In this document: one piece after another, positions 19,619-29,400 of the stretch
Position numbering within the stretch: position 1 is the first letter of the stretch
Layout of the letters: every line of letters begins with the position of its first letter
DNA from: Pseudaminobacter sp.
GTDB taxonomy: Bacteria; Pseudomonadota; Alphaproteobacteria; Rhizobiales; Rhizobiaceae
Assembly (NCBI GenBank): GCA_049646905.1
Contig: JBARWP010000293.1
Location: 1-61,979 of the forward strand
DNA: 61,979 nt
Reading direction: 5' to 3'
Translations under genes and position numbers: made by a program
Notes under the pieces: generated by a model
The model's database searches: none
Told to the model about the DNA's origin: nothing
The model's input: the letters and a program-made list of their open reading frames with translations, nothing else

Positions 19619-21981
19619 GCGGGTATTTTTCCGAGCTGGCGCTTAGCGTTGACGCGATGCTTGGCGACGAGGCGCCGGCCGTCGAGGCGGGGATAGCGAA
19701 CGAGCTGTCGGAGGCAGAGGAGATCCGGCGGCGGGCCTATGCCGCTACGGTGGCAGCGTGGGGCTCGCCGCCGGCGGAGCCAGGTGCCTACAACACTGCG
19801 TCGAGGCGATCGGCTGGGCGTGCTGCAGGAATGGGGAAGGGTAGCGCAAAAATTTCGTCGACGCAGCGGCCAGCCGCAGCGGCGGCCGTCCCGTCGAAAG
19901 CGAAAGTCGCCGCGCAGGCGGCCGTGAAATTCGCTGCCACGGGAATTTCGACGCCAAACGCACCTGCAGCGCCACTCACGGCGCCGGCAGCAGTTGCCGG
20001 CCTGAAGGACTCTGTAACCATTAGCGCCGCGCTACGGCCGTTTACCGGGCGAAATGATCCGATCGCCGTATTCACCAAGGTCGCCGCGCTGGCGGTCGCC
20101 AATGACGAGGATGAAAAACGGCGACGGGGAGGGGGTGGTGGTGGCAGCCCGGTTCCAACCGCTGTTGCAAAGACCACGCGCGGGCCAAGCCATGCGCATC
20201 GAATAGCGGCGCGCGCCGCAATCGCCGCCGGCGCGCAGCCGGCGGTGTTCAAGGTCATTTCGACCGCCGGGACGAAGGGTGCTGCCGGCGCCTTGCTCGA
20301 ATATCTCGGCACCAGGCCCGGTGAGGACGGCAAGAAACACGATATCGAGGTTTTCACGAGCTCAGGGCTCAGTGTCGAGACACGCGAGCAGCGGCGGGCG
20401 CTGCTGGAGGAGTGGCAGGAAGACTTTCGCGAGCCGTTCCAGAACACCAATTTCATCGAGGTCGACGTCGAGCTCTCCGGCGATCCCGGCCGGGATGATC
20501 TGCACGACGCGTTGAATGCCGCGTTCGGCAGCAAGCCATTCGTCTATGCGCGCGCCGGCAGCACCGTGAAGGTCTATGCTTACACCGACATGAAAGCGGC
20601 AGCACTTGCAAAGGCGTTGCAAAAGCTCGACCACGAAAACGGCAGGGGCGGGGTCCTGCAACGGGCGGATGACGGGATCACGGCCCGGCTGAAGGACGCC
20701 GGCGTGGCCGGCAAGGCCGAGATCAAAGCGGCCGTTTCGACCGAAAGAGGCGGCCAATATTTTTTGCAGAAATTCATTCGCGCCAATGCCGGCGTGATCA
20801 AGTCCGACGGCGACGCGGTGCCGGCCGGCCAGCGTGCGGACAAGGCCGCGGCGGCCCTCTATGCGTCGTGGAAGGCGGATTTCAAGACGGTGGAGCCACG
20901 CAACGTTTATCACGTCGTCTTTTCGGCCAGGGCCGGCACGGACGCGCGTGCGTTGCTGCACGCGGCCGAGAACGTGCTTGCCGAAAGGATTCCAGACCAC
21001 AAGTGGGCGATCGCACATCATCCGGAGACCGGGCACGTCCATGTGCATGCAATGATCCTGGCCCGTTCGGAAACCGGCCAGCAGCTGCATTTCAGCAAGG
21101 CCGATCTTTACGACTGGCGCGCAGCCTACGCCGAAAAAGCCCGCGAGGAGGGGATTGCCATGGTGGCGACCAGCCGCATGGACTTCGCCGCCGCGCGGCC
21201 TTTCAACATGCGCCAGGCCGGTGCGTACGAGAGATCGAAACTGGATACACGTTACTCTGTGTCGCCGACGATCGCGAGCCGTGTCGAAGCGAAGCAGCAG
21301 GCCGTTTTCGAGGCAAAGACGATCGCCGCATATGGCCCAGCAATCTCGCGTGGCTGGCAGCTGACCGCCGCAATGACGCGCGAGGCGATGCCCGGGTCGC
21401 AAGCGGACGCAAGCGCAGCAGCATTTTCGGCTGCGATCGCCGAGTTCGCGGCAGTTCGCAGGTCAGAAGTTCGCGCGGCGCCGGCGTCAGGTGGGGAGGG
21501 GACCCCGCTATCGCCGTCGACCGAAAAGACTGATACTCTAATGTACCTTTCAAACCGTATACAGGAGATCATGAGCATGGAATTGTCGCCGCTGGAACTC
21601 CGCCGGAAGATCGCGGATGTGAACAAAGCCTTTGATCGGATCGACGGCTCCTTGTCGAAGACGGAGGGCAAGCAGGAGCTCGCGAGCATACGACGGGAAA
21701 TGAACGGCCTCTTGAACGAACGGCTGAATGACATGCGAGTGCAGGCGGTTACTGGCGGTACCGGGGCCCCTGACACGGTGCGAGACGAAGGCCGCTCTCT
21801 TCGCGAAAAAGAGCAGCAAGCCAAGACGCAGGACCGCGCGAACGAGCAAAACCCACGGCAGTCCGACAAACAGGCCGCACCGCGCTCCGCGGCGGGAAAA
21901 AAGGCCGAACAGCAGGCGGAGCGTGTCGAACGGCAAAACCGCGACACGCAGCGCTCTTTGGACGATGACCGGGAGCGTTGA
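19615..21981 (+). CDS. MOBP/VirD2-like relaxase
   Basis: Motif I QPAVFKVIS...LLEYLG, YHVVFSA, and HUH motif HHPETGHVHVHAMI. ATG 19615 overlaps the mobC stop. Confidence 0.88.
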   Translation: MSGYFSELALSVDAMLGDEAPAVEAGIANELSEAEEIRRRAYAATVAAWGSPPAEPGAYNTASRRSAGRAAGMGKGSAKISSTQRPAAAAAVPSKAKVAAQAAVKFAATGISTPNAPAAPLTAPAAVAGLKDSVTISAALRPFTGRNDPIAVFTKVAALAVANDEDEKRRRGGGGGGSPVPTAVAKTTRGPSHAHRIAARAAIAAGAQPAVFKVISTAGTKGAAGALLEYLGTRPGEDGKKHDIEVFTSSGLSVETREQRRALLEEWQEDFREPFQNTNFIEVDVELSGDPGRDDLHDALNAAFGSKPFVYARAGSTVKVYAYTDMKAAALAKALQKLDHENGRGGVLQRADDGITARLKDAGVAGKAEIKAAVSTERGGQYFLQKFIRANAGVIKSDGDAVPAGQRADKAAAALYASWKADFKTVEPRNVYHVVFSARAGTDARALLHAAENVLAERIPDHKWAIAHHPETGHVHVHAMILARSETGQQLHFSKADLYDWRAAYAEKAREEGIAMVATSRMDFAAARPFNMRQAGAYERSKLDTRYSVSPTIASRVEAKQQAVFEAKTIAAYGPAISRGWQLTAAMTREAMPGSQADASAAAFSAAIAEFAAVRRSEVRAAPASGGEGTPLSPSTEKTDTLMYLSNRIQEIMSMELSPLELRRKIADVNKAFDRIDGSLSKTEGKQELASIRREMNGLLNERLNDMRVQAVTGGTGAPDTVRDEGRSLREKEQQAKTQDRANEQNPRQSDKQAAPRSAAGKKAEQQAERVERQNRDTQRSLDDDRER

Positions 21982-22429
21982 GTAGCGGGTTTCCAAACGA
22001 CGGGAGTGGCCCCCTTGCGGACCATCCCTGATGGGAGGTCAAGGCAACGTCGTGACCCAAGCGCGACTATCGATCTCCGCACGGCAGACGGCCGCTTAGC
22101 GCCCCGAATGCGGTCGTTCAGGCCGGTATCACGAGTTCCCAAAAAGTTGCCCTTCATCTGGAGCCGGTTTCTCGTCACATTGGGGCTAAAGGACTGGCGG
22201 GTTTTGAGCAAATACTCTGTGAAGCCGCCTTTCCGAGGGACAACATCTGACCCTAGAGCGGGTAAGCCCAGTGGCCGGGGACCATGCCACTCTGTGAACG
22301 AGCCACACCGGCGGCGATTTCGGGGGATGCGTCCATGACGGGACGCTGACATTCGAGGCGCGATATGGCATCCAAGACAGCATCTTACAGACACCCGAAG
22401 TAAGCTCGGGATCGACAGAGGGGCAGTCG

Positions 22430-22896
22430 ATGCATCCACGATTTCTGGAGAAGGTTGAGGGCCTTCACGCGTCTTACGAGAAACTAATTGCGATGACGCC
22501 GCACGCCGGTACGCCGCCACCGACAAATATTCCCGTCGGCGGCGTCTACCTGTTTAGCGAGGGTGACGAGCCCCTGTATGTAGGCCGTTCAAACCGTCTG
22601 CGCGAGCGCTACTTCCTCCACACCCGAAACGGGTCGCGCCACAACCAGGCGAGTTTCGCCTTCCGGATTGCAGTCCAGCTGCTGGACCTCCCCCCGCCCG
22701 CTATACGAAGAAGGGCGGTCGCAAGGAGATCGCCCTCATGGAAGACTTCATCCGGGAGTTTGCAGCAGCCAAGACGCGCATCCGCAACATGAACTACCGC
22801 TATGTTGAGGAAACGGACCAGACGCGGCAGGCGCTGCTTGAAATCTACGTCGCAACCGGGCTGGACACGCCTTACAACGACTTTAGGACCCACTGA
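22430..22896 (+). pseudogene. GIY-YIG nuclease-like gene split by a 1-bp frameshift in a C run
   Basis: GVYLF...PLYVGRS..LRER...H. Adding one C at 22690-22695 continues the frame as ARYTKK...QALLEIYVA..L.TPYNDFRTH to TGA 22896. Confidence 0.75.
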
Positions 22897-22897
22897 C

Positions 22898-23581
22898 ATG
22901 CGGCGGCTCTACCACTTCCTGAAGGCCCAGTACGCGGTCGCTGCCATCAAGAAGCGGTGCCTACGCGTCTCCCGCATCGAAGACCTCAATGACGCCTTCG
23001 AATTCATCGGCATCGCGCTCGACGACAAGCGCGACCGCATCCACCTGTCCTCGTACCGCCGCCGGCTAGACCTGGAGCAGGGCATCATCTGCATGAGCGA
23101 AACGTGGTCGAAGCCGCAGATGTGGGGGCACTATGGCGAAAGCTTTCGCGGGATGGTGCTTGGGTTTGACGTTTCGGAAGCGGACTTCTTCAAGGTCCGT
23201 TACCGCAAAACGAGGCCGCGCCTGGCCGACCTCGGACTGTCGTCGTACGCCGAAATCGGGCCTGAGCACCTTAAAGAGTTGGCGCGGATAAAGTCTGACG
23301 GTTGGGCGTATGAAGACGAGTGGCGCTGGCTACTGCCACTGGTGAACCCCGAGGTCATCCAAGGCCAGACGCACTACTTCCAGCCATTCGGGCCTAACCT
23401 GCGGTTGAAGGAAATCATTGCAGGTCCGAAGTTCCGCGAGCGTTCCTACGAGCAGATGCGGGAGATGGTGAAGGGGATGGGCGTCGAGGTGATGCTGGCA
23501 CGGGGCGACTTCGCCAAGTTCGCGGTCACCCGTCAACGCCAGCTCAGTTTGTGGCCGCCTGTTCGTCCGCAGACTCCCTAA
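22898..23581 (+). CDS. DUF2971-domain protein
   Basis: LYHF...LND.FE, C.SE....PQMWGHYG...G.VLGF, K...WAYEDEWR. Starts 1 nt after the GIY-YIG stop. Confidence 0.8.
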   Translation: MRRLYHFLKAQYAVAAIKKRCLRVSRIEDLNDAFEFIGIALDDKRDRIHLSSYRRRLDLEQGIICMSETWSKPQMWGHYGESFRGMVLGFDVSEADFFKVRYRKTRPRLADLGLSSYAEIGPEHLKELARIKSDGWAYEDEWRWLLPLVNPEVIQGQTHYFQPFGPNLRLKEIIAGPKFRERSYEQMREMVKGMGVEVMLARGDFAKFAVTRQRQLSLWPPVRPQTP

Positions 23582-23816
23582 CGGCGGCAAGGCGGTGGCA
23601 GTTCGGCTGGTGAGAGTGAAAAGAAGGCAGGCTGCCCGCCCGGGACGTACCTCAACTTCTGATATCACCGCGGTGGCCGGAAAGAGTCATTCTGCATTCG
23701 ACCCCATTGTGTCTGTCCGAAACCCTTCACCATCTCGGTCATCTATCGGCGTTTGCCTTCCTCCGGAAGCCGACGACGCTTGTTCAGATGCTAACGGCGA
23801 CCAAACAGCGGAAAAG

Positions 23817-26510
23817 CTACGCGTCCATCCGCTTCCCATAGATGCGGGCACGCCGCTCAAACGCCTCCCGCGACCCCTCAAGGATGGCGCAGGCGGCCTC
23901 CCGCGTAGCCGGCTCGTCAATCGAGCCGCGCGACGTAATCGTAGCCTGGTCGTTGGTCGCCTTTAGGACGACGATCTGCTCGGCATCGCCTAGCACGGCA
24001 ATGTTGGCGTTGTGGGTAACGACGATAACTTGGCGCCGCTCCTTGACGCGTCGCAGAACCGGAACGAGCGTCTTGTATATGAACTCGCTGTCCAGGTTAT
24101 CTTCCGGCTGGTCCACGATGAGCGGCGCCCTGCTCTCGCTGGACAGCATCAGGGCAAGCAGCACGGATTGCTGCTGCCCAAGAGAGAGCCGTTTGAACTC
24201 GCGCGGGATAAACTTGACCGAGCCGTCCTGGTCGGTCACGCGTTTCGTCACGCTAAGCCGGGGCGCGTCATGCACCGCCGCGGTTTCGAGCTGCGCGAGC
24301 AGGTCGAAATCAGAAAGCCGCTCCAGCAGGACGTCGATTTCACCTTGCTGAAAGACGGCGCCGCCCTGCGGCGTGCGTAGTGCGGTGATCGGCTTGGAGT
24401 CGCGGCGCCTTACGCAGTCCAATAGCTTGGGTAGGGTCAGGTCGTTGATCAGCGCGGCGGCCTTAAGCTGTTGCAGCGTCCGCCACCCCATCGTCTCAAT
24501 GATCAGCCGCTCACCCTCGGGGCAGAGAGAGCTTTCGTCAAACTTCAGCGTGACAAAGATGTCAGACAGCGTGCCCTTGAGGGCTTCGGAAGCTTTGGTG
24601 GCGAATGCGGAGCGGATGCCGGCGACTTTTGATCGCCCGACCCACCGTTGTTTCAGCAGGTCGGAGCGCTTCTTCTCAAGGGTGGCAAGATGAGGCTTCC
24701 ACGTGTTGAGCTTGCGCAGGCGCTCGGTGAGGTTCGCTTCGTCCGCGATTAGCTTCTGAATGAACGGCATGTCCAGCCGGATGCCGGCGGCCAGAAGCTC
24801 TTTTTTCTTTCTGTCGATGTCTTCTGCGGTCTTCATTTCCTTGCTCTTCCAGGACGCGATCTGCGCCTGAACCGCGGTGCTGTAGGAGTTAGTCGAGGCG
24901 ACGAGTCCCGCCTGCATAGTCGCCACCTTCCCTTCGTAGGCGGTCGTGTCGGCAATGATGGCGGCAACTTCAGGCGCACCGATCTCAAAGCTGCCGTGGG
25001 CGACTTCCCGGATACCGGTGGTGATGGCGGTGATCGCTTCCTGGCTAGTCGCGCCCTTTAGCTCGGTCAAAGCCGCCACGATGGAATTCCTCGTACGACG
25101 TTCCGTCTCGAGGCGCTGCTGTAGCTTAATGATCTCTTCGCCGCGATCCTTCTTCAACCGCTCCACTTGCCCGCGCTTCAGCGTCAGGTCGCGCTCGCAG
25201 CCGGGTATCTCCGCCACGTTCTTGCGCGCCTTCATCAGCTCCGGGTTGAGTTCGTTCAACTCGGTGCGCACTGCGTCCTCGGTCTCGATCGCCGCATCGA
25301 TCGAGACAAGGCGGTCAAGGAAGGTCAGCAGGGCCAGCGGGTCATCCTGCGCCTTCTTGCTGATCGTGTTCGTTTCGCCCTGGCGATAAGACTCCATCGG
25401 GAAGCTGACCGAGCCCAGAATGGGATCATCAACATTCTCGAGCGCGCCGTCCTTGGCGCGGCTCAGTATGTGCGTCTGGTGCGTCTCGTCCCGATAGAAC
25501 AGCGCCACCAGATCCGGCCATACGTCACTGTCGATGACCGAACCCACCTCCGGCGGGCCGTAGTCGCCCAACAAGCGCACAGCCTCGAAGGCTGTGGACT
25601 TGCCGCTGCCGCGACCGCCGACAATGCAGGTCAGGTTGGCGTTGAAGTGAATGGTCTGACCATCCAGAAAGCCGCCTTCAAAGGATACGCCCTCCACGAT
25701 GGGCACGCTGCGGGGAACCTCGTCCTCGATCCGGACGCGGGTGTCCGCCTCATCGAGCGCGAGGCGCAGGCCATCGAAGGATGGACGCTCCATCTTGTAC
25801 CGGGTGATCCGGTTCTGGTTCCTGGCATTGCGGCCAACGGCATTCAGCGCGTGGGCATCGCTGTTCAGAACACGGGCCAGGAACTGCCGCGACCCTAGCT
25901 TCAGACGCTCGATGCGCGTGCCGGCGGCGTTCCGCCGGTCGATGTTGGAGTCGTTAGCGGTGTACAGGATGTCGCCGTCGGCGCGAATGACCTCGAACCC
26001 CAGCAGGGCTTCGTGGCAAAGGATGTCAAGCTTCGCGGGTGTGAAGCGCGGCACATTCTCTTCAAAGGAACCGGGGCCATCGACGTGCGCCAGGATGGCG
26101 AACCCACCATGCTCGCGCAGCAGGTTCAGGCAATCGGTGGTTCCGGTCTGACAGCGGCAATCGACCGTGCCGCGACCGGCGATCGACAGCCGATTATAGA
26201 AGCGGTCCATCATTTCAGGAGAAGGCAGATAGCACAGCAGATGGCCCTCGGGAGCCGACAGCTCGACAGCAGGAATGACCAGGATGCCCGCAGCCGCGCC
26301 GGCAGCGATGGCGGCCCGGACGTTGCTGATTTCATTGTGGTCGGCGATAGCGATGATCGACAACCCTTCGCTCGCCGCCTCCCGGACGATGTTCTCGGGT
26401 GTCGCCGTCGCGTCGCGCACGTCATGGGAGCCGCCGTAGGAATGCACATGCAGGTCCGCGCGGAAGAACCGCGCGCCGCTACTCAGGCTCGTCAAGGTCT
26501 CCAGGTCCAT
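23817..26510 (-). CDS. PHP phosphoesterase fused to an ABC/SMC-like ATPase (TrlF / Ppl anti-phage-like)
   Basis: PHP motifs DLHVHS, ADHN, GHLL, AH, NSDAH; Walker A GGRGSGKST; coiled coil; LSLGQ; Walker B IVDQPEDNLD; VTHN. Confidence 0.85.
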   Translation of the reverse strand: MDLETLTSLSSGARFFRADLHVHSYGGSHDVRDATATPENIVREAASEGLSIIAIADHNEISNVRAAIAAGAAAGILVIPAVELSAPEGHLLCYLPSPEMMDRFYNRLSIAGRGTVDCRCQTGTTDCLNLLREHGGFAILAHVDGPGSFEENVPRFTPAKLDILCHEALLGFEVIRADGDILYTANDSNIDRRNAAGTRIERLKLGSRQFLARVLNSDAHALNAVGRNARNQNRITRYKMERPSFDGLRLALDEADTRVRIEDEVPRSVPIVEGVSFEGGFLDGQTIHFNANLTCIVGGRGSGKSTAFEAVRLLGDYGPPEVGSVIDSDVWPDLVALFYRDETHQTHILSRAKDGALENVDDPILGSVSFPMESYRQGETNTISKKAQDDPLALLTFLDRLVSIDAAIETEDAVRTELNELNPELMKARKNVAEIPGCERDLTLKRGQVERLKKDRGEEIIKLQQRLETERRTRNSIVAALTELKGATSQEAITAITTGIREVAHGSFEIGAPEVAAIIADTTAYEGKVATMQAGLVASTNSYSTAVQAQIASWKSKEMKTAEDIDRKKKELLAAGIRLDMPFIQKLIADEANLTERLRKLNTWKPHLATLEKKRSDLLKQRWVGRSKVAGIRSAFATKASEALKGTLSDIFVTLKFDESSLCPEGERLIIETMGWRTLQQLKAAALINDLTLPKLLDCVRRRDSKPITALRTPQGGAVFQQGEIDVLLERLSDFDLLAQLETAAVHDAPRLSVTKRVTDQDGSVKFIPREFKRLSLGQQQSVLLALMLSSESRAPLIVDQPEDNLDSEFIYKTLVPVLRRVKERRQVIVVTHNANIAVLGDAEQIVVLKATNDQATITSRGSIDEPATREAACAILEGSREAFERRARIYGKRMDA

Positions 26511-26899
26511 CGGTGTCGTCGCCCCCTCACGGCCTGACTCCCCAACACTCTTTCCGGTTTGCCGGACAGGCCATCACCAGATTAGCGCCTATAGCGAAAT
26601 ATGTCAGGGCAATATTGGCCTTAGCTGTTCATGTAAAAAGCCGGTGCGACCTGACGACTTGGATCGACGATTGCTGGGCTATCATCGCCATGATCCTCTC
26701 CCGGCTTCGAGGAAGTTCCGGAGGGCGATGCAGGCGACAAACGTAGGTCGAGAATCTATGTTCGCCGCCGGAACTGGCAGGTAAGGTTGCGAGAAGAGAA
26801 AGAAGCGAAATCCCGAGAAGTTCGACCCGGTGGAGCTCTTCACCGCCATAGGACGTGACCGCGGCTAGCGGGCGGTCGCGACGATAAGGAGCAGTCGCT

Positions 26900-27181
26900 A
26901 TGCCGATAAAACCGCCGCTTGATCCCAATGTCGCGGACGAGGCACCCAAAACCCCGATTCTCACGGGCTATGACGAAGAACACTTTGTGACCTATCTGCG
27001 TTTGCTCGATGCAGCGGCGGAGGATGCCGATTGGCGCGAAGTGGCGCGTGTCGTACTGCATATGGATCCTGACCGCGAACCGGACCGAGCACACAGAGCT
27101 TGGGAAACCCACCTGGCGCGGGCGCGCTGGATGACGACGACCGGATATCGATATCTTCTTCAAGGCGGCGCGCCGCACTGA
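26900..27181 (+). CDS. DUF2285 / QseM-like antiactivator
   Basis: VADEAP...LTGYDEEHF.TYLRLLDA...W.EVA..VL..DP.REP.RA...HL.RA.WM..TGY..LL closely follows the QseM sequence pattern; RBS AAGGAG. Confidence 0.8.
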   Translation: MPIKPPLDPNVADEAPKTPILTGYDEEHFVTYLRLLDAAAEDADWREVARVVLHMDPDREPDRAHRAWETHLARARWMTTTGYRYLLQGGAPH

Positions 27182-27197
27182 CTTTGCAGGGTCTTGA

Positions 27198-29372
27198 CTA
27201 ATCAACGCCCTGCAAGGCCGTCTCGAGATCGCGCAAGCCAGCGTCTGCTTCCGATTTATTGGCTGCCTTCGCGGCGACCTTCGCAACCCGGCTGATTGCC
27301 TCAGCAATCTTTGCCTGTGCCTCTGTCGATACTTCCTGGTTGCGCCCGGCGGCGCGCGTAATCGCAGCCAAGTCAGGCTTGTTCCGAGGCAGGGGTGGCC
27401 GACTGGTTGATGGTTTAGGGGTAGCTGCAATGGAGGTCGTGACGGTGACCGGATGCGCCGGCGGGGGAGGGCGCCTGCCAGCCTTGGCCGCGAAAACGGC
27501 ACCGCGGGGCCGCGTTGACGCTGGCGCCGCTTCACTCGCGCGCGCAAATCGCGGCGGAACCAACATGTCGCCAAAACCAGCACTCGGTTTTGGTGCTGCT
27601 TTCCGGCCGGCATCCGGTTCTGTGTCCACCTTGGCGGCCGCCGCCTTGAAGGCTGGAATCGGCATCCAGGCACGTTTCGACAGCTCAGCGTCGGCAAAAT
27701 AAAAATTTCGTGTGCCAAAAATCGCATGCGATCCGCGAGGAAGGATGATGCATTTGTTCCGGCTCATCGTGCGGATCTCGTCGGGGCGCATTAGGGGCCG
27801 ACGGACCTCCTTTACATGCACTGTGCGCGCATGATGCATGTCGAACATCGTCGCTTGGGTCTTGCTGATATCCTTCTGGACTTCGGTGCGCTCGCCCAGG
27901 GTGTCAGAAATGTATTTCAGGTCTTCGGCGTCCTGCGCGCCGAAAAACACCTGGACACGTGCGGAGTTGACCAGCGTCTTACGGCCTTCCTCGCGATAGA
28001 TGGTGTCTACCGACTTGAGCGACTGGACAAAGAACCAGGTCGGCACGCCATAGCCGCCGAGGATGGTAGCCGCTTCCATGACATTTTCGAGTTTCCCGAG
28101 GTTCTGGAACTCGTCGAGTAAGATCAGGACGCGGTGTTCACCCCGCCCCGACAGCTCTTTGGCCATATAGTTCATCAGCTGCGTAATCAGGACATTGAAC
28201 AGCGGTCCGATGGATCGGATTTGCTCGATGCGGAAGTCGAGATAGAGCGAGATCTTGTCGCGCTTGAGATTGCGGATGTCGAACGTGCTCTTGTCGGTGG
28301 CGCGCAAAAGCCGCTCGTTCATGAACGGGTTTAGGCCGGTTCTCACGCTGCCGAAAAGCCCGGAAAACTGCTTATCGGACATGTCGGCATAGCTGGCGAG
28401 CATCTGCAGCGTGTAGTCGGAAAGTTCCAGAGCTTCCTCGTCGCGGAGTGCATGAATCCATTCGAGGAACGGCCGGTCGGCGCCATTCATGATGCGAAGC
28501 GCCTGGCGCAGCGTCCGCTGGCCATCCTCGAGGCGGGGCGTCTCCATGACGTAGGAGATCACGCCGGCAAAAAGCATGCGACCGTCGTCGACCCAATAGG
28601 TTTCGCCTGTCGTCGGGCGCGGAAAGAGCGCGGCCGCGATATTGCGGATGTCGATGTCGCGCTGGTCGCTGTCGAGGCTGATGAAATCGAGCGGATTATA
28701 ACATTCCGTCTCACCTTTTTCGTCGGCCGGTGAGAACCGAATGACCTTGGAAAAGGTCGAGCGATAGCCCGCTGTCGCCTGATATGTCTCGCCCCGCATG
28801 TCCAGCACGACAAGCGAATCCGGCCAGAGCAGGGCATTCGGGATGATCAGCGCGGCACCTTTGCCCGATCGCGGCGGCCCGACCACGAAACCGCCGACAT
28901 CGTCGCCATCCACCCATAGTTTTTTTCCACCGACGAGCTTTGGTTTGGTGAGGCGCCTCTTGTTGGAACCGCGCTGGGTGAACGCGCCGATGACGTTCAG
29001 AAGGCTGCCGCCGGCGCGGCCGATGAAGACGCCGCCGCGTTTGGTCAAGCCGGCCCGGTTGACTTCCGCCAAGCTAAGAAATTTGGCATCGTTCGATGCC
29101 TTGCGCGTCATCAGCACGGTCATGACCGACAGCACCATCACGCCGATCAGTGCCAGGCCGGCCGCATAAAGCGTTTGCTGATAGCGGCCGAGAATGGCGA
29201 CGTCGGCGTAGGCGCGGCGCAGGGTGGCAAAAGGATCCCGGTCGAGATGCTGGATCAAGGCGAAGGAGCCTGTTTCGTACCAATGGACGCCGGCATAGGC
29301 GATGGCGAAAAAGACAACGCCCACGGCCACGACCATGAGCGTCACGAACAATCCCTTGATGATCTGTGCCAT
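27198..29372 (-). CDS. virD4: Type IV coupling protein (VirD4/TraG)
   Basis: Two N-terminal TM segments, GPPRSGKG Walker A, LLDEFQNLG Walker B, and RPLMRPDEI. Confidence 0.92.
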   Translation of the reverse strand: MAQIIKGLFVTLMVVAVGVVFFAIAYAGVHWYETGSFALIQHLDRDPFATLRRAYADVAILGRYQQTLYAAGLALIGVMVLSVMTVLMTRKASNDAKFLSLAEVNRAGLTKRGGVFIGRAGGSLLNVIGAFTQRGSNKRRLTKPKLVGGKKLWVDGDDVGGFVVGPPRSGKGAALIIPNALLWPDSLVVLDMRGETYQATAGYRSTFSKVIRFSPADEKGETECYNPLDFISLDSDQRDIDIRNIAAALFPRPTTGETYWVDDGRMLFAGVISYVMETPRLEDGQRTLRQALRIMNGADRPFLEWIHALRDEEALELSDYTLQMLASYADMSDKQFSGLFGSVRTGLNPFMNERLLRATDKSTFDIRNLKRDKISLYLDFRIEQIRSIGPLFNVLITQLMNYMAKELSGRGEHRVLILLDEFQNLGKLENVMEAATILGGYGVPTWFFVQSLKSVDTIYREEGRKTLVNSARVQVFFGAQDAEDLKYISDTLGERTEVQKDISKTQATMFDMHHARTVHVKEVRRPLMRPDEIRTMSRNKCIILPRGSHAIFGTRNFYFADAELSKRAWMPIPAFKAAAAKVDTEPDAGRKAAPKPSAGFGDMLVPPRFARASEAAPASTRPRGAVFAAKAGRRPPPPAHPVTVTTSIAATPKPSTSRPPLPRNKPDLAAITRAAGRNQEVSTEAQAKIAEAISRVAKVAAKAANKSEADAGLRDLETALQGVD

Positions 29373-29400
29373 CACGCCCTCATTCGTCGCCTGCTCAGAT

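Noticed and set aside
26520..26900. qseC-like HTH gene or fseA upstream of the QseM-like gene
   Set aside because: No HTH or DUF2285-activator motif could be read in any frame.
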